Origin: Octopus bimaculoides
Taxonomy: Eukaryota
DNA: 39,298 nucleotides
Assembly: GCF_001194135.2 (NCBI RefSeq)
Contig: NC_068982.1
Location: 191,959,429-191,998,726 of the forward strand
Direction: 5' to 3'
The notes beneath the pieces were generated by a model, which was not told the origin of the DNA, ran no database searches, and was given only the letters and a program-made list of their open reading frames with translations. The position numbers were made by a program, and so were the translations under genes. Below, piece by piece: positions 1-10,606 of the stretch. Positions within the stretch are counted from its first letter, which is position 1, and each line of letters starts with the position of its first letter.

Positions 1-625
1 AGAGCAGCGGAACGTTTGGTGCAGACCTTCAAACAAGCTCTGAGGAAGTCTTCTCTTCCGCCGACACGAGCACTTCAAGAGTTTTTGATGCAGTACCGGA
101 GAACACCGACATCCTGTGGATTCTCTCCAAGTGAACTTTTGAATCACCGGCAGATACGAACAAGGATTGATTCTCTGCTGCCATCGCCAGCACACATTGC
201 TCAAGGCAAACAGTCTAAGGAAGAACATAAGTCTCAGGTGACTCCAAGCTCGGCTGTTGTCGCTAAAGTTACCAGGCAGTACAAGGCCGGAGATCCTGTG
301 TATGCACTATGGACCTCGCCGAGACAAAGATCCTCGATGGGTACCAGCAACCATTAAGAAGTCATTGGGTACTCGCTGCTTTAACGTGAAGGTCATACTT
401 CATGGCCCGATGTGGAGACGACACTGGAAACAGCTGCGACCTGGTGATGCAGAAAACACTGTATTTCAATTTGCAACAGATCACCCGATGGAGATCTCGG
501 AAACTGTGCCACTAACTCAAAGACAAACCAGACCCAAGACCATGTTACCCGTTCCAGAGTATGGACCAGACAACCCAAGACGGTCCAAGAGAACCTGTAA
601 AACCCAAGAGAGACTTTGCTGTTGA
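1..625 (+). mobile_element. Ty3/Gypsy (Mag/K02A2.6-like) pol 3' end: integrase C-terminus, frameshifted
   Basis: Translates as AERLVQTFKQALRK...FLMQYRRTP..GFSPSELLNHRQIRTRIDSLLP, then YKAGDPVYA and, after a frameshift, PRWVPATIKKSLGTRCFNVKV..WRRHWKQLRP. This is the typical Gypsy integrase end. Confidence 0.9.
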
Positions 626-659
626 TACTTCTTGTGTAGCATCAATTTCAGTGGGGAGG

Positions 660-925
660 TGCTATATGGACTGTTAGATACGTAATTCGTCTGACGTTCC
701 GTGTGTCACTGTGGTTCGTCTGAGTTCATTGTTTCATTGTTGTTGTCTTGTGTGACTGTCGTAGTAAAATGTCATTGATATATGTATGGCGGATATGACT
801 TTTGTTTATTCATAACGAACATTGGGTGAGTGCGTTCTTTGTATGTAATTGAATAATAAATGTAATAACTAAATTTGTATAACTCGTTGTGTCATCTCTG
901 CGAGTCTTCCGAGGGAAATACAACA
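660..925 (+). mobile_element. 3' LTR of the Gypsy element (~266 bp), preceded by a polypurine tract at 650-659
   Basis: AGTGGGGAGG immediately precedes TGCTATAT. AATAAA lies at 855-860. The segment ends ATACAACA at 925, giving TG...CA termini, and hAT coding sequence follows. Confidence 0.8.
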
Positions 926-1490
926 TTTAGTGTTGCAACATGAGATGTCAACAATGAATACCTCAACAAAATCATTGAACTTCAGCAGAGCCAGCTTCAA
1001 TAGCAACTCTTCAGAACAACAATGCTCTCAACGTTTTGGTGTCACCAAATCGTACCATACCCTCTTATTGCTAGGAAAACCCTTGAGATACTCACACTGT
1101 TTGTTATAAAGTTTCGTTGCGAGCAATCCTTTACAAGGATGGTAGACATGAAAACTAAGAAAAGGAACAGACTTTGTTGTGAAAACGATATGAGAGTGGC
1201 ACTTGCCAAGGTGAAGCCATGCATTTCTGAACTTGTAACTGAAAGGCAACAGCAAAAGTCACATTTATTTGCAGTAAATATTCATTAAGTTATGTTTTTG
1301 TGTGAAACTCATGTTTCGTTGGTTTTGTTCTTTAAATGCAGTGATTTTGTGTGCAACTGATGCATGGTTCATTTTGTGCACTAATAAAATATATATCTAT
1401 GCTTTGAAGAAATCATATTTTATTTTCCCAATTACGAAGGGTTCGGTGAATCCACTGATGAAACTTGCAGAGTTCAGTACCTCCAATCTT
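926..1490 (+). mobile_element. hAT (Charlie/Buster-like) transposase C-terminal fragment and 3' subterminal region
   Basis: FWCHQIVPYPLIARKTLEILTLF..FRCEQSFTRMVDMKTKKRNRLCCENDMRVALAKVKP..QQQKSH resembles the hAT dimerisation domain. It is followed by GGGTTCGGTGAA...GTTCAGTACCTCC, typical of Charlie-like right ends. The TIR itself is missing. Confidence 0.8.
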
Positions 1491-2351
1491 CTAGACAGTC
1501 TTCATTAGTTACTGTATCAGTATTCTCTGGTACTCTGCAGTTTCCATCTGTTTCATGTTCTTCATCTCTTACCCCTTCATTACCACTTTCTGCTGTTTCA
1601 TTCTCCTTCTGCTTTTTTTTTTTTTTCATTATGTTTCTCTGAATTTCTTCAATCTCTATTGCCGTAATCCAGTTGTTCTAAGGATTGCTCTTGCTTGATT
1701 TATCAGCTGCTGGGCAGCCGCTTCAAAACCTCCTTTTTCATCCCATATTCTCTTCATTCGATTCATTCGATTCATTTGATTCTCTGTTATTTGGCTCACT
1801 TCTCAACCAGCATCCTTCTACTATTTGGTTTACTTCTTTTTCCCATTTCATTCTTTTTTCTTTTGCACTCTTTTGTCTGTGGTTTTGGTCCTAATCAATG
1901 GCTTGATGATGACCTGCCGGATCTTGATCAGATACTCTCTGCCTGCCGTGCACAACACCTTCACTGTTAATAGAACCAGTCCCATTAGCGCAGTTGTGGT
2001 TATTATTTCATTTTGACATCATTCATTTAGAACTAGTATTTGTAAGGTTCACCAAGATTTTTATCGTGACACCATCACCAGGTGGGTTGCTAGCCAAGGC
2101 TCTGAGAGTCCACACCTACCCCCATGTACACTATTTTTAGTGCCAGTCTTGTTCAATCCATTGATTTATATCTTTGTATTTTGACATTGTCACTCCTGAG
2201 AATTTGGTGCTGAGGTGGCACAACTATTAGTGTTTTAATTGAGTCACCTACTCTAGAGGCGTTGCTAACCAAGGCTTAAGGGATCTCTCCTCTCACGAGA
2301 CAGGCTTAACCCCACCAGATGTCAACCTGGTATTTCTAGGTATCAGGATAC
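1490..2351 (-). mobile_element. R4/Dong-type non-LTR retrotransposon, 5' UTR and N-terminal region (decayed)
   Basis: The minus strand gives MKWEKEVNQIVEGCWLRSEP / MKRIWDEKGGFEAAAQQLINQARAIL / NNWITAIEIEE, resembling the N-terminal Myb-like region of R4/Dong ORFs. It begins directly after an (AAT)n tract. A homologous 5' UTR lies at 25600-25965. Confidence 0.7.
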
Positions 2352-2386
<35 letters not shown>

Positions 2387-2388
<2 letters not shown>

Positions 2389-2758
2389 TCCGCCAAGGAA
2401 GGAGGTTATGTTTTCATCAGCGTTGGTTTGTCCATCTGTGTGTAAAATAACTCAAAAGTGTGAACGGTATTTGATGAAACTTGCAGGAAGAGTTGGTAAT
2501 GACACAAGGAATAGATGATGAAATTTTGGTAGTGATCCGGGAATTTTTATGGATTCTTGAAGGATTTTTCATTTGTTATATTTACTATACATGAAGTATT
2601 ACAATGTTACATTCTTTGATTATCTCCCTTGAAAACACGTTCACCGTTTCCACGTAACCTATGGTGGCGTTGCTGTTTCTAAAGTTTATTTTCGTTTCTC
2701 TATTAGTAATTTTAATCGTGTATCTATCTTAAAATGAGCTGCTTGGCAGAGGTCTGCG
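2387..2758 (+). mobile_element. Helentron-associated non-autonomous element (HINE/DINE-like), 3'-truncated
   Basis: Subterminal inverted repeats CCTCCGCCAAG (2387-2397) and CTTGGCAGAGG (2742-2752). The 5' motif GGAGGTTATGTTTT follows the left repeat. Confidence 0.7.
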
Positions 2759-2871
2759 GAGGATGACATGACAAGCCTTGACTACTGGGATCAACTCAGA
2801 AAGCTCAGGCTTTGCTCCCTCCATCGCCGCTGTGAAACTAGCTTGCCGCTGTGAAACTAGCTTGCCGCTGT
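2759..2871 (+). mobile_element. Short LINE ORF2 C-terminal fragment (CR1/L2-like) ending in a 19-bp tandem duplication
   Basis: Reads DMTSLDYWDQLRKLRLCSLHRRCE, similar to the L.YWERL..L.LYSL.RRRER motif. GCCGCTGTGAAACTAGCTT occurs at 2826-2844 and 2845-2863, plus a partial third copy. Confidence 0.45.
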
Positions 2872-2939
2872 CATCGAGATGATTCCTTGTTTTAAAGAGT
2901 TTTTTTTTAAAGAATCATATGGTTGTGTTATTTTTTTTA

Positions 2940-3067
2940 ACCCCACCAAGGAGGTTATGTTTTTGCTGGCGTTGGTTTGGGAAATTGGGCGATTTTCAGC
3001 ATGCGTGGAAATGGGTGGAAATGAGCTGCTTGGCGGAGGTCTGCGCTCTCCCAGTGCTTTTCTAGTT
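2940..3067 (+). mobile_element. Second, internally deleted HINE/DINE-like copy with complete 3' end
   Basis: CCCCACCAAGGAGGTTATGTTTT...CTTGGCGGAGG (3029-3039), then 3' hairpin GCGCT-CTCCC-AGTGC and terminal TTCTAGTT. Confidence 0.75.
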
Positions 3068-3068
3068 G

Positions 3069-3129
<61 letters not shown>

Positions 3130-3139
3130 CATTATTATT

Positions 3140-3499
3140 CATATATGCATAAATGATGAGACTGTTAGAAAAGAAAAAATCCTAACATAAGGCTACAAGA
3201 ACTAAACTTAGATGCCAAGAACCCTCCTAGGTATCCTAGCTGTCCCTAATAACACTGTTTTCTGGAACTGTACTAAACAGGGTTTTATGCCTATTTCCTC
3301 TATCCATCTGTTCAAATCTTTAGGGATAATTCCTAATGCCCCTATAACTACTCGGATATATTTTACCCACACTTTCCATGGTCTCTGTAATTCATTTGCT
3401 AGGTCCTAGTACTTTGCTATTTTTTCTATACCTCTAATATTATTTTTTCATCATTTAGGACTGTAAAGTCAATTATCTGGCACTTTCTATTCTCTTTAT

Positions 3500-3550
<51 letters not shown>

Positions 3551-3890
3551 AATCAGGCCTTCTAGCTTCTATTACTTTGTCAATGTGAATGTTAAAGTCT
3601 CATATCATATACTTCTTACTTTCTAGTACTTTACTAGGTTCATGTTCCTACCATTTATCAGTATGTTCAAATCCTAGCTTTCTATATAACTCCCAGTAGA
3701 TTACTCTCCCTAGATTGTCATGTCTTTTCTTGTACTCTTTCTGTGCCAGCATGCTACATTCACTTACTATATGAATAACACTTTCCTCTTTTGATTTGGA
3801 TAACCTACATTGGGAATCTACTTGGTTTTTGTCTATCTTGGCTTTTATCCAACTAGTCCTTAATGCTTGATCTTGTCCTGCTACTAACAA
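3140..3890 (-). mobile_element. R4/Dong-type LINE 3' end: CCHC knuckle and restriction-like endonuclease, with (TAA)n tail
   Basis: QDQALRT..IDK..DSQCRLSKSKEESVIHIVSEC..LAQKEYKKRHDNLGRVIYWEL..KW, then RRPDLVV..DKENRKCQIIDF, and VIGALG..LLGTARI. The 3' UTR runs into (AAT)n at 3068-3139. An in-frame (GTA)n expansion lies at ~3501-3540. Confidence 0.9.
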
Positions 3891-4546
3891 ACGTTCTGTT
3901 TCCCTTTTCAGCTTTCAACATCACCATCCTTGTAAGAAGAGAATGGAAAAGTAAATAATGTCTAAACACATTCACATAAAAATCCAACTGGAGAAAATTA
4001 AAAGCAACATGACCTACAACAATACTAATACCGTCTCCGCCATGACAACCATCACCAGAGACACAAACACTACAACAAATACAAACACAACCAAATTCAC
4101 ACTCACACCAACTACAACAAAAACAACAACAACAAAAGTTAACTGAACATAAGAAAAATATATGGCTGTAGACACAAGCAACGAAGGAATAATTGAATTC
4201 ATCCACCGTAATCAGTACCAAAATACTAGGAACTTTAGACTGTGTTCGAGGACTTTTATGCCTCCTACACTTGCCACCAGACACCCAGCATACAGCAGAG
4301 ACACTTGGTGAAATCGCTCCAGCTTTTCCAGTTCTATAGTAAGTAAACCAGATCTCATGTATATAGCAATGAAATAAAACATTATTATTGTTTAACTTCA
4401 ACTTTGTCTCAACTGGAATTCCATGCTGAGACCATAAACATCAATACAATATAAGGTAACGAGCTGGCAGTCATTAACACAAATATTTAATAGATTTTTC
4501 TTTCACCTCAGGTTGTAGCTTAATTTCTGCATTGTTTTAAAGCATT

Positions 4547-5327
4547 CATCATCATTGTTTAATGTCCGTTTTCCATGCTGGCATGGGTTAGATGGTTTGA
4601 CTGAGGACTGGCGAGCCAGAAGGCTGCACCAGGCTCAATTTGATCTGACAAAGTTTCTACAGCTGGATGCCCTTCCTAACGCCAACCACTCCGAGAGTGT
4701 AGTGGGTGCTTTTATGTGCCACCAGCACGAGAACCAGTCAGGCAGTATTGGCAACAGTCACACTCAAATGGTGTTTTTTATGTGCCACCTGCACAGGACC
4801 CAATCCAGCAGCACTGGCAACAACCTCGCTCGAACATTTTTTCACGTGCCAGTGAAGCAACGCTGGTAATGATCACGCACGAATGGTGCTTTTTACGTGC
4901 CACCGGCACGGAAGCCAGTCAGCAGCCCTGGTAATGATCATGCTCGGATAGTGCTCTTAGCACTCCACAAGCACGGATGCCAGTCATTGAATTTGATTTC
5001 GATTTTGATTTCACTTGCCTCAACAGGTCTTCACAAGCAGCGTTTAGTGTCCAATGAAGGAAAGATACAAATAAGTGGGCTGGTTACATCCCTAGCATAG
5101 GCCACGGGTTATGGTCTCACTTGGCTTGCCGGGTTTTCTCAAGGACAGCATATTTCCAAAGCCTCGGTCACTAGTCATTGCCTCGGTGAGGCCTAAAGTT
5201 CGATGGTCGTGCTTCACCACCTCATCCCAGGTCTTCCTGGGCCTACCTCTTCCACAGGTTCCCTCAACTGCTAGGGTGTGGCACTTTTTCACACAGCTAT
5301 CCTCATCCATTCTTGCCATATTCGATG
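4547..5327 (-). mobile_element. 5'-truncated RTE LINE: ORF C-terminus, structured 3' UTR, (GAT)n tail
   Basis: RMDEDSCVKKCHTLAVEGTCGRGRPRKTWDEVVKHD..LGLTEAMTSDR is the RTE C-terminal GRP..W motif. It is followed by ~66-bp tandem units, GGAAGGGCATCCAGCTGTAGAAAC and a GAT tail. Confidence 0.9.
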
Positions 5328-5793
5328 ACTGGCACCTGTGCCAGTGGAGCACTAACAGCACCGTCCGAGCGTGATCATTGCCAGAGCAGCTGTCTGGCTT
5401 GCGTGCTAGTGACACGTAAATAGCACCATTTGAGTGTGATCGTTACCAGTGTCGCTTTACTGGCACTTGTGCTGGTGGCACGTGTAAAAACATTCGAGTG
5501 GGGTCGTTGCCAGTACCGCTGGACTGGCTCCTGTGCAGGTGGCACATAAAAAACGCCATGCTGAGCGTGGCCATTGCCAGTACCGCGTGACTGGCCCTCG
5601 TGCCAGTGGCACATAAAAGCAACCATAACACTCTCGGAGTGGTTGACGTTAGGAAGGGCATCCAGCTGTAGAAACTCTGCAAGATCAGATTGGAGCCTGG
5701 TGTAGCCATCTGGTTCACCAGTCCTCAGTCAAATCGTCCAACCCATGCTAGAATGGAAAGCAGACGTTAAACGATGATGATGATGATGATGAT
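5328..5793 (+). mobile_element. RTE 3'-end copy (tandem units plus tail) in opposite orientation
   Basis: Same units, GGAAGGGCATCCAGCTGTAGAAAC...CCAACCCATGCTAG..GACGTTAAAC, and (GAT)n at 5773-5793. Confidence 0.9.
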
Positions 5794-6345
5794 TCAATAA
5801 TATAAAAAATATGGATCATCTTGTTTAAATGTACAAAATTCAATGGTGTTAGAAGTGATGACATTATCGAATCTTTACTCAGTATGACCGAACCTTTGAT
5901 GACAAAAGACACCCCTTCTATTGACCGAACCTTTTAGACATTAGACGCCCCTCCTTCACTCTAACATTTTGAACTCTATACCCAAACTATATCTAAAGAA
6001 GACCTCAAAGGAAAATCTCCAGACATGTTCTTGAATCCCAGACAGAAGATAAACTGTTTTTACCTCAAATTTTTATAACTTTTTACTGATATTTAATGAG
6101 ATACATTGAAACCCGTAATATTTTCTTTATATAATTCTTTATTAAATTCCCTCTTAAATTGAAATGTCTTACACTTCTCTGCTATTTCCAACTCCATCTT
6201 TCATATATAAAAATTTGTTTTGTACAGATCTTTTTCACCCTATAACTAATATTTTACTCTTGTCTCGGTTATTCTGAGCACTTCTCCTTGCAGCCCTGTA
6301 TAAAATCTATTAGTTTCCTAATAAGAAACTATTAATATTATGTAT

Positions 6346-6376
<31 letters not shown>

Positions 6377-6391
6377 AGGACTTTTCTATAT

Positions 6392-6460
6392 CCTGGGGTC
6401 CGTGGGAAAACTAATTTGAATAAATGGGGTCCTTGGTAGTGAAATTGTCGGGAACTACGT
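6392..6460 (+). mobile_element. hAT-MITE right-end remnant
   Basis: GGGGTCCGTGGG...GGGGTCCTTGGT...GGGAACTAC resembles the GGGGTCC subterminal repeats and GGGAACCACTG TIR of Charlie-like MITEs. Confidence 0.4.
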
Positions 6461-6623
6461 TTAAAGACGTAAGTGAAATCAAGACAGTTATTGTTAACCA
6501 ACCGGAATATATTTAACTAAATAAACAAAACACTGAGTCGTAATAAAAAAAAAAGGTGATTAGGAGGCAATCTGTTGTGTCTGGGGACATTTGCATCTGT
6601 TTTAGTCACGTGGACCGTTTCAG

Positions 6624-6683
6624 ATGGAGTTTGAACCTTATCAATTTGGAGAGACAGCAACAATACTGGTCTAGTGTTCAATG
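6624..6683 (+). CDS. Candidate 60-nt internal exon of an unidentified host gene
   Basis: Acceptor GTTTCAG and donor ATG|GTAAGT. One frame is open (xWSLNLINLERQQQYWSSVQ). It lies in repeat-poor sequence. No homology recognised. Confidence 0.25.
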
Positions 6684-7242
6684 GTAAGTTATTGTACAAA
6701 GAGAACAAAACTGAATAATCTTTATCATCAGTTTATTTCCTTTATTTTCCACGTTCGACTCCAAAAGGTCGACCACCTCTAATTTCGTAGTCACAACAGT
6801 TGAAAAGAAACATTACGGGAGACAAGACATTCTAACTTGGACAGGAAGGAACATTTACAGAAAACATAACATTTAATAAGACCAACATTTATATAAAATA
6901 TATTATAAGCAGTTGTATATAGACATGTTAGCGTATATAAAGTCAGTTGTGTATAGTGAATGTATTGTAGAGTGTTGTAGACAGATGTTGGTGGATTCTA
7001 AACTGTTTCTTCTTTGCATCCATTTGTTGGACCAAAGAATGTTGCAGGGGAAATTAGAAAATGATGGATGTGGGTGAATCGACGGCAAATTGACTTGATT
7101 TTATTCAGTTTAATCATCTAAAAGTAGAGAAAATACGAGTAAATCAATGACCGTTTCAGTTCTTTGAGTTGTTTTTGCTATTGGAAACAATAACTACCAG
7201 TTGTTATTGAGTCTAAAAGAGGACAAACCCAGGAATTTAAAG

Positions 7243-7557
7243 CATTGGGTCTCAACCATTTTTCATCTTTGCATCTCTTTGATTATTATTTTATTCTGAT
7301 GGACCCCGAAGCCATTCCATGTTTAAAAAAACTAATTTCATTGATACTTCTTTCAAAATTCCTATTTTATTCTCCGCACTTCAGCTTGCAGAAGTTGAAT
7401 TATTTAAAACAACGTTAGAGAAAGAAATGTCGCTGTTTCTTGCAATAGATAAATCTAAAAGCAACATTTTTTCGTGGACCCTTAAAATACTTCTGTGGTT
7501 TCCTAATTTCCTATTTTGACCCTAGGGGTCATAATGGACCCCAGTTGAGAACCACTG
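7243..7557. mobile_element. hAT (Buster/Charlie-like) MITE
   Basis: Termini CATTGGGTCTCAAC and GTTGAGAACCACTG are imperfect TIRs. The flanking 8-mers ATTTAAAG (7235-7242) and AATTAGAG (7558-7565) match at 6/8 with a central TA, as expected for a Buster-type TSD. Confidence 0.75.
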
Positions 7558-7749
7558 AATTAGAGGATGAAATGAGTGAAACCGCTTCGATTTAGACATA
7601 ATAATAACGACCGCCGGAATATTTGCCATGCGACTGTAAAAAACATGTGAAACTACGAAAAGGACAGATTGTGTATGAGGGAACCATTTATACAAGAAAT
7701 ATTCAGTAATGGAGATATTTGAGAAGAACCCCTCAAGAAAACAAGCCAA

Positions 7750-7915
7750 GGTGTCTCTCTCTACACGGTCACTTGACCTACAAGAAATGGCAGTTAAATC
7801 TCTTTCATATCATACCTCAAGAAAAGAACGTTAAATAATGTAGTCGTATGGGATGGTCACGGTTGGAACACTTTTCACTGAAAGCCTGCTTAATAAGGCT
7901 TCGCTAAATAACAAA
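7750..7915 (+). repeat. Interspersed SINE-like repeat fragment ((AAC)n-tailed family, also at 18230-18990 and ~20320)
   Basis: Shares the TAGAAATAGCAG..AAATCT and GGTCA..GCTGGAA..CTTT motifs with other copies in the window. Confidence 0.5.
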
Positions 7916-8459
7916 TTAAATCTTCCAGTTTGATTCACAGGTAACAAAGCGGCGATTGTCTTTTGTGTTGGTCAAGCAAAAAGACCGAAACATTTTGCCG
8001 ACATTTCCAAATAAAAACTTACAAACACACCCTTAACATTCACAGATATTTAAAGAGATGCATGGAATTTGGACATATTTACTTCAACAAAGGTTTCCTG
8101 TAATTCTGCAAAACTATTGTCTGACTGTATCATAAAATAATTTCTGTTATAGCATTTTTGCGTTTGGTTCGCGAATATTCGTGTGGAAACCCCTTGTGTC
8201 TCGGGAGGGTCATTATGTCAACTAGAAATTAAATCGATAATATTTAAGTCCAGTTTATTTTAATCGATTTCTACCTCTCCCACCACAAGGTCAGTCTTGG
8301 TCTTCTGTTATAGTTCCATTTACATCTCGGATGATTTATAGGAATATTAAATCAACCTGTGTACCTGACTTCTACTTATATGAAACAATTTGGGAGCCTC
8401 TGCGAAATCTTAGTTTTCTATTTTAATTCCATTCACATTTAGGATGTTTTAAATCACTC

Positions 8460-8610
8460 CATTATTTTACTGGTTCATTATTTTATTGACTTCGAATGAA
8501 TGAAAAGTAAAGTTGGCTTCGGCAGCATTTGAACTCAGAATATATAAGAACATTATTAACCACTGCAAGGCATTTTGTCCGACGCTCCACCGATTCCGTC
8601 ATTCCACCAG
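8460..8610 (+). repeat. SINE 3' fragment (related copies at ~10545-10605 and 33280-33425)
   Basis: GAATGAAAAGTAAAGTTGGCTTCGGCAGCATTTGAACTCAGAA is similar to GAATGAAAGCAAATTTAACCATGGCAGAATTTGAAACTAGAA at ~33370-33415. TTTTGGCACAAG heads are shared by the 10545 and 33280 copies. Confidence 0.55.
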
Positions 8611-9618
8611 CAGTGGTTGGATTTCTGGTCTGTGAAACAGAAACGGGACAAAGCAGTCCATTGTGTTCTTTGCTTCAGAATTTCGCCCACAATTTTTCTT
8701 TTAGTTAGAATTTGCAGCTAAATTGACAGTACCAGCTCGGCTTAACCATCTTGAGGAGAATCGAAACGAACAGAAGAACATTTGAAACTCCCCACAGTTG
8801 TTCATTTGGCAACCAATTAACCTGATTTTATAATCCATTTTCAACTCCTAAGCCCGTCTCTCTCACATTGGTGACTTCGTTTCTTGCAAAAATAAGAAAG
8901 ATGATAAAGTTGGATTAATTTCTCTCGATGAAAAGAAAAAGGTGCGGAAATGTTAAATTTCGTTTTAAATAATGTGTAGAATATAAAATGAAAGTCTATC
9001 CTTCATTTACAAAAGAAATAATTAAGATATTTTTTAAAATATTTATTGGCTAGAATATATAAATATCTGTTTTTAATAGATTTTCGAAAAGTCATTAAAA
9101 GATTTCTTTTATATTTATTGACTAAAATTTATAAATATCTGTTTTCAATGATTTTTTTTTTTAGTTTCTACATTAAAGTGTTCTAAAAGTGCGTTGGGAA
9201 TTAAAAAAAAAAAAAGTCGTTTGGTAAAGCACTGTTATAAGGATAAGAGCAGAAGAAGGAAGAGGTCGGTGGGGCGTCGTGCTTGCAGACTTAAATGTCT
9301 GTTGATGCTAGCAGCTGAGATAGGAAAAAATATGTCGACAAGTTACATCGTTTCAGCACAAAGTAAATATATTAAAGTACATGTAGTTTTCGAGAAGTAG
9401 GGCAGAACAGCTAAATAGCTAAATGTAGGACTGACGTTCAGAGAAGTGTCTGCAGAAACCTCGTTTCTATAAAATAGATGGCGTGCTTTCTCTCATTCGA
9501 AATAACAAGCAGCTGTGAATTATAACGGATGTACTTTTAGCAGGTGCTGAGGCCCGGCTGTGCACTGTTGGAAACAACCGCGAGAAGCAGTAACAGCAGC
9601 ATATCATTTATTTATCTC

Positions 9619-9659
<41 letters not shown>

Positions 9660-9932
9660 CATCAAGGAAGCAGAGAGAAAGAGTATGTCAAATTTCATGG
9701 CTTCTATGTTGATGTTATGTAAATATTTCTGCTGTGATGACAAATGTTTCACACTGTCAAAATTCTAGGTTCACCGTGAAGATATATATATATAAAGTTG
9801 GTCACAAGATCAAACCTGGATTGAGTTAGAAATATACTTACAACAGAAAACATTGGTCTGCAGTGTGTGTTGGAAGTGTATATAACATTTCATAAAGGGG
9901 TAAAACTGTTTGACCGATAGAGCACTACACAG

Positions 9933-9933
<1 letters not shown>

Positions 9934-10031
<98 letters not shown>

Positions 10032-10047
10032 CGTGTGTGCGTGTGCG
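9934..10047. repeat. (GT)n microsatellite
   Basis: Direct inspection. It explains the His-Thr and Cys-Val ORFs. Confidence 0.98.
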
Positions 10048-10606
10048 TAGCTAGAAGGAATTAAAATCCAAGCTCTGTCCTCAGGAAACACTTCTGCAAA
10101 TATTGGTTATCAGTTGGATGTATGTAGATGGTTTATATTTAGCAAGCAAACTGTCCATACAGATTGAAATTCCAGGTCAAGTAGATTGGTCGCACAGTAT
10201 GATTACATTCAAAGATTGGAATTTATATGTGTGTGTGTTTATATATGTGTGAGTGTTTGTGTGAATGTATATATATATATATATATATACATGGATACAT
10301 ATGTGTGTTTATGATGTATATGTATGCATATGTATGCATATGCGTATGTATATGAAATGTATGTATGCGTATTGGAGTTAATTGATGATTTTCTTTGCTG
10401 CCAGAATTTCCTGCCACATGCCTTCAATTCCTGATAAACACTTTACCTCATGTATTGAGTACTTCTTCTTTCATTTGTAAACAGACATATGGCCATGTTG
10501 TTGTAAGACATAAATCTTACTCTGCTTTAAATATTGGTTTCAGATTTTGGCACAAGGCCAGCAATTTCAGGGAAGGGGCTAAGTCAATTATATCAACCCT
10601 AGCGCT

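Noticed and set aside
3853-4401. 182-aa Cys-rich ORF (minus) and Thr-rich ORF 3958-4146 (plus)
   Set aside because: Both derive from an (ACA)-rich low-complexity tract and show no recognisable domain. A possible exon ending at the GTAAGT near 4340 has a weak acceptor and no compatible partner.
4700-4990. Repeat-spacer-like array resembling CRISPR
   Set aside because: The units are diverged tandem copies with no unique spacers, lie inside a eukaryotic LINE 3' end, and there are no cas genes.
9530-9605. Signal-peptide-like MLLLLLLAVVSNSAQPGLSTC on the minus strand
   Set aside because: It stops after 21 codons and has no splice donor before the stop.
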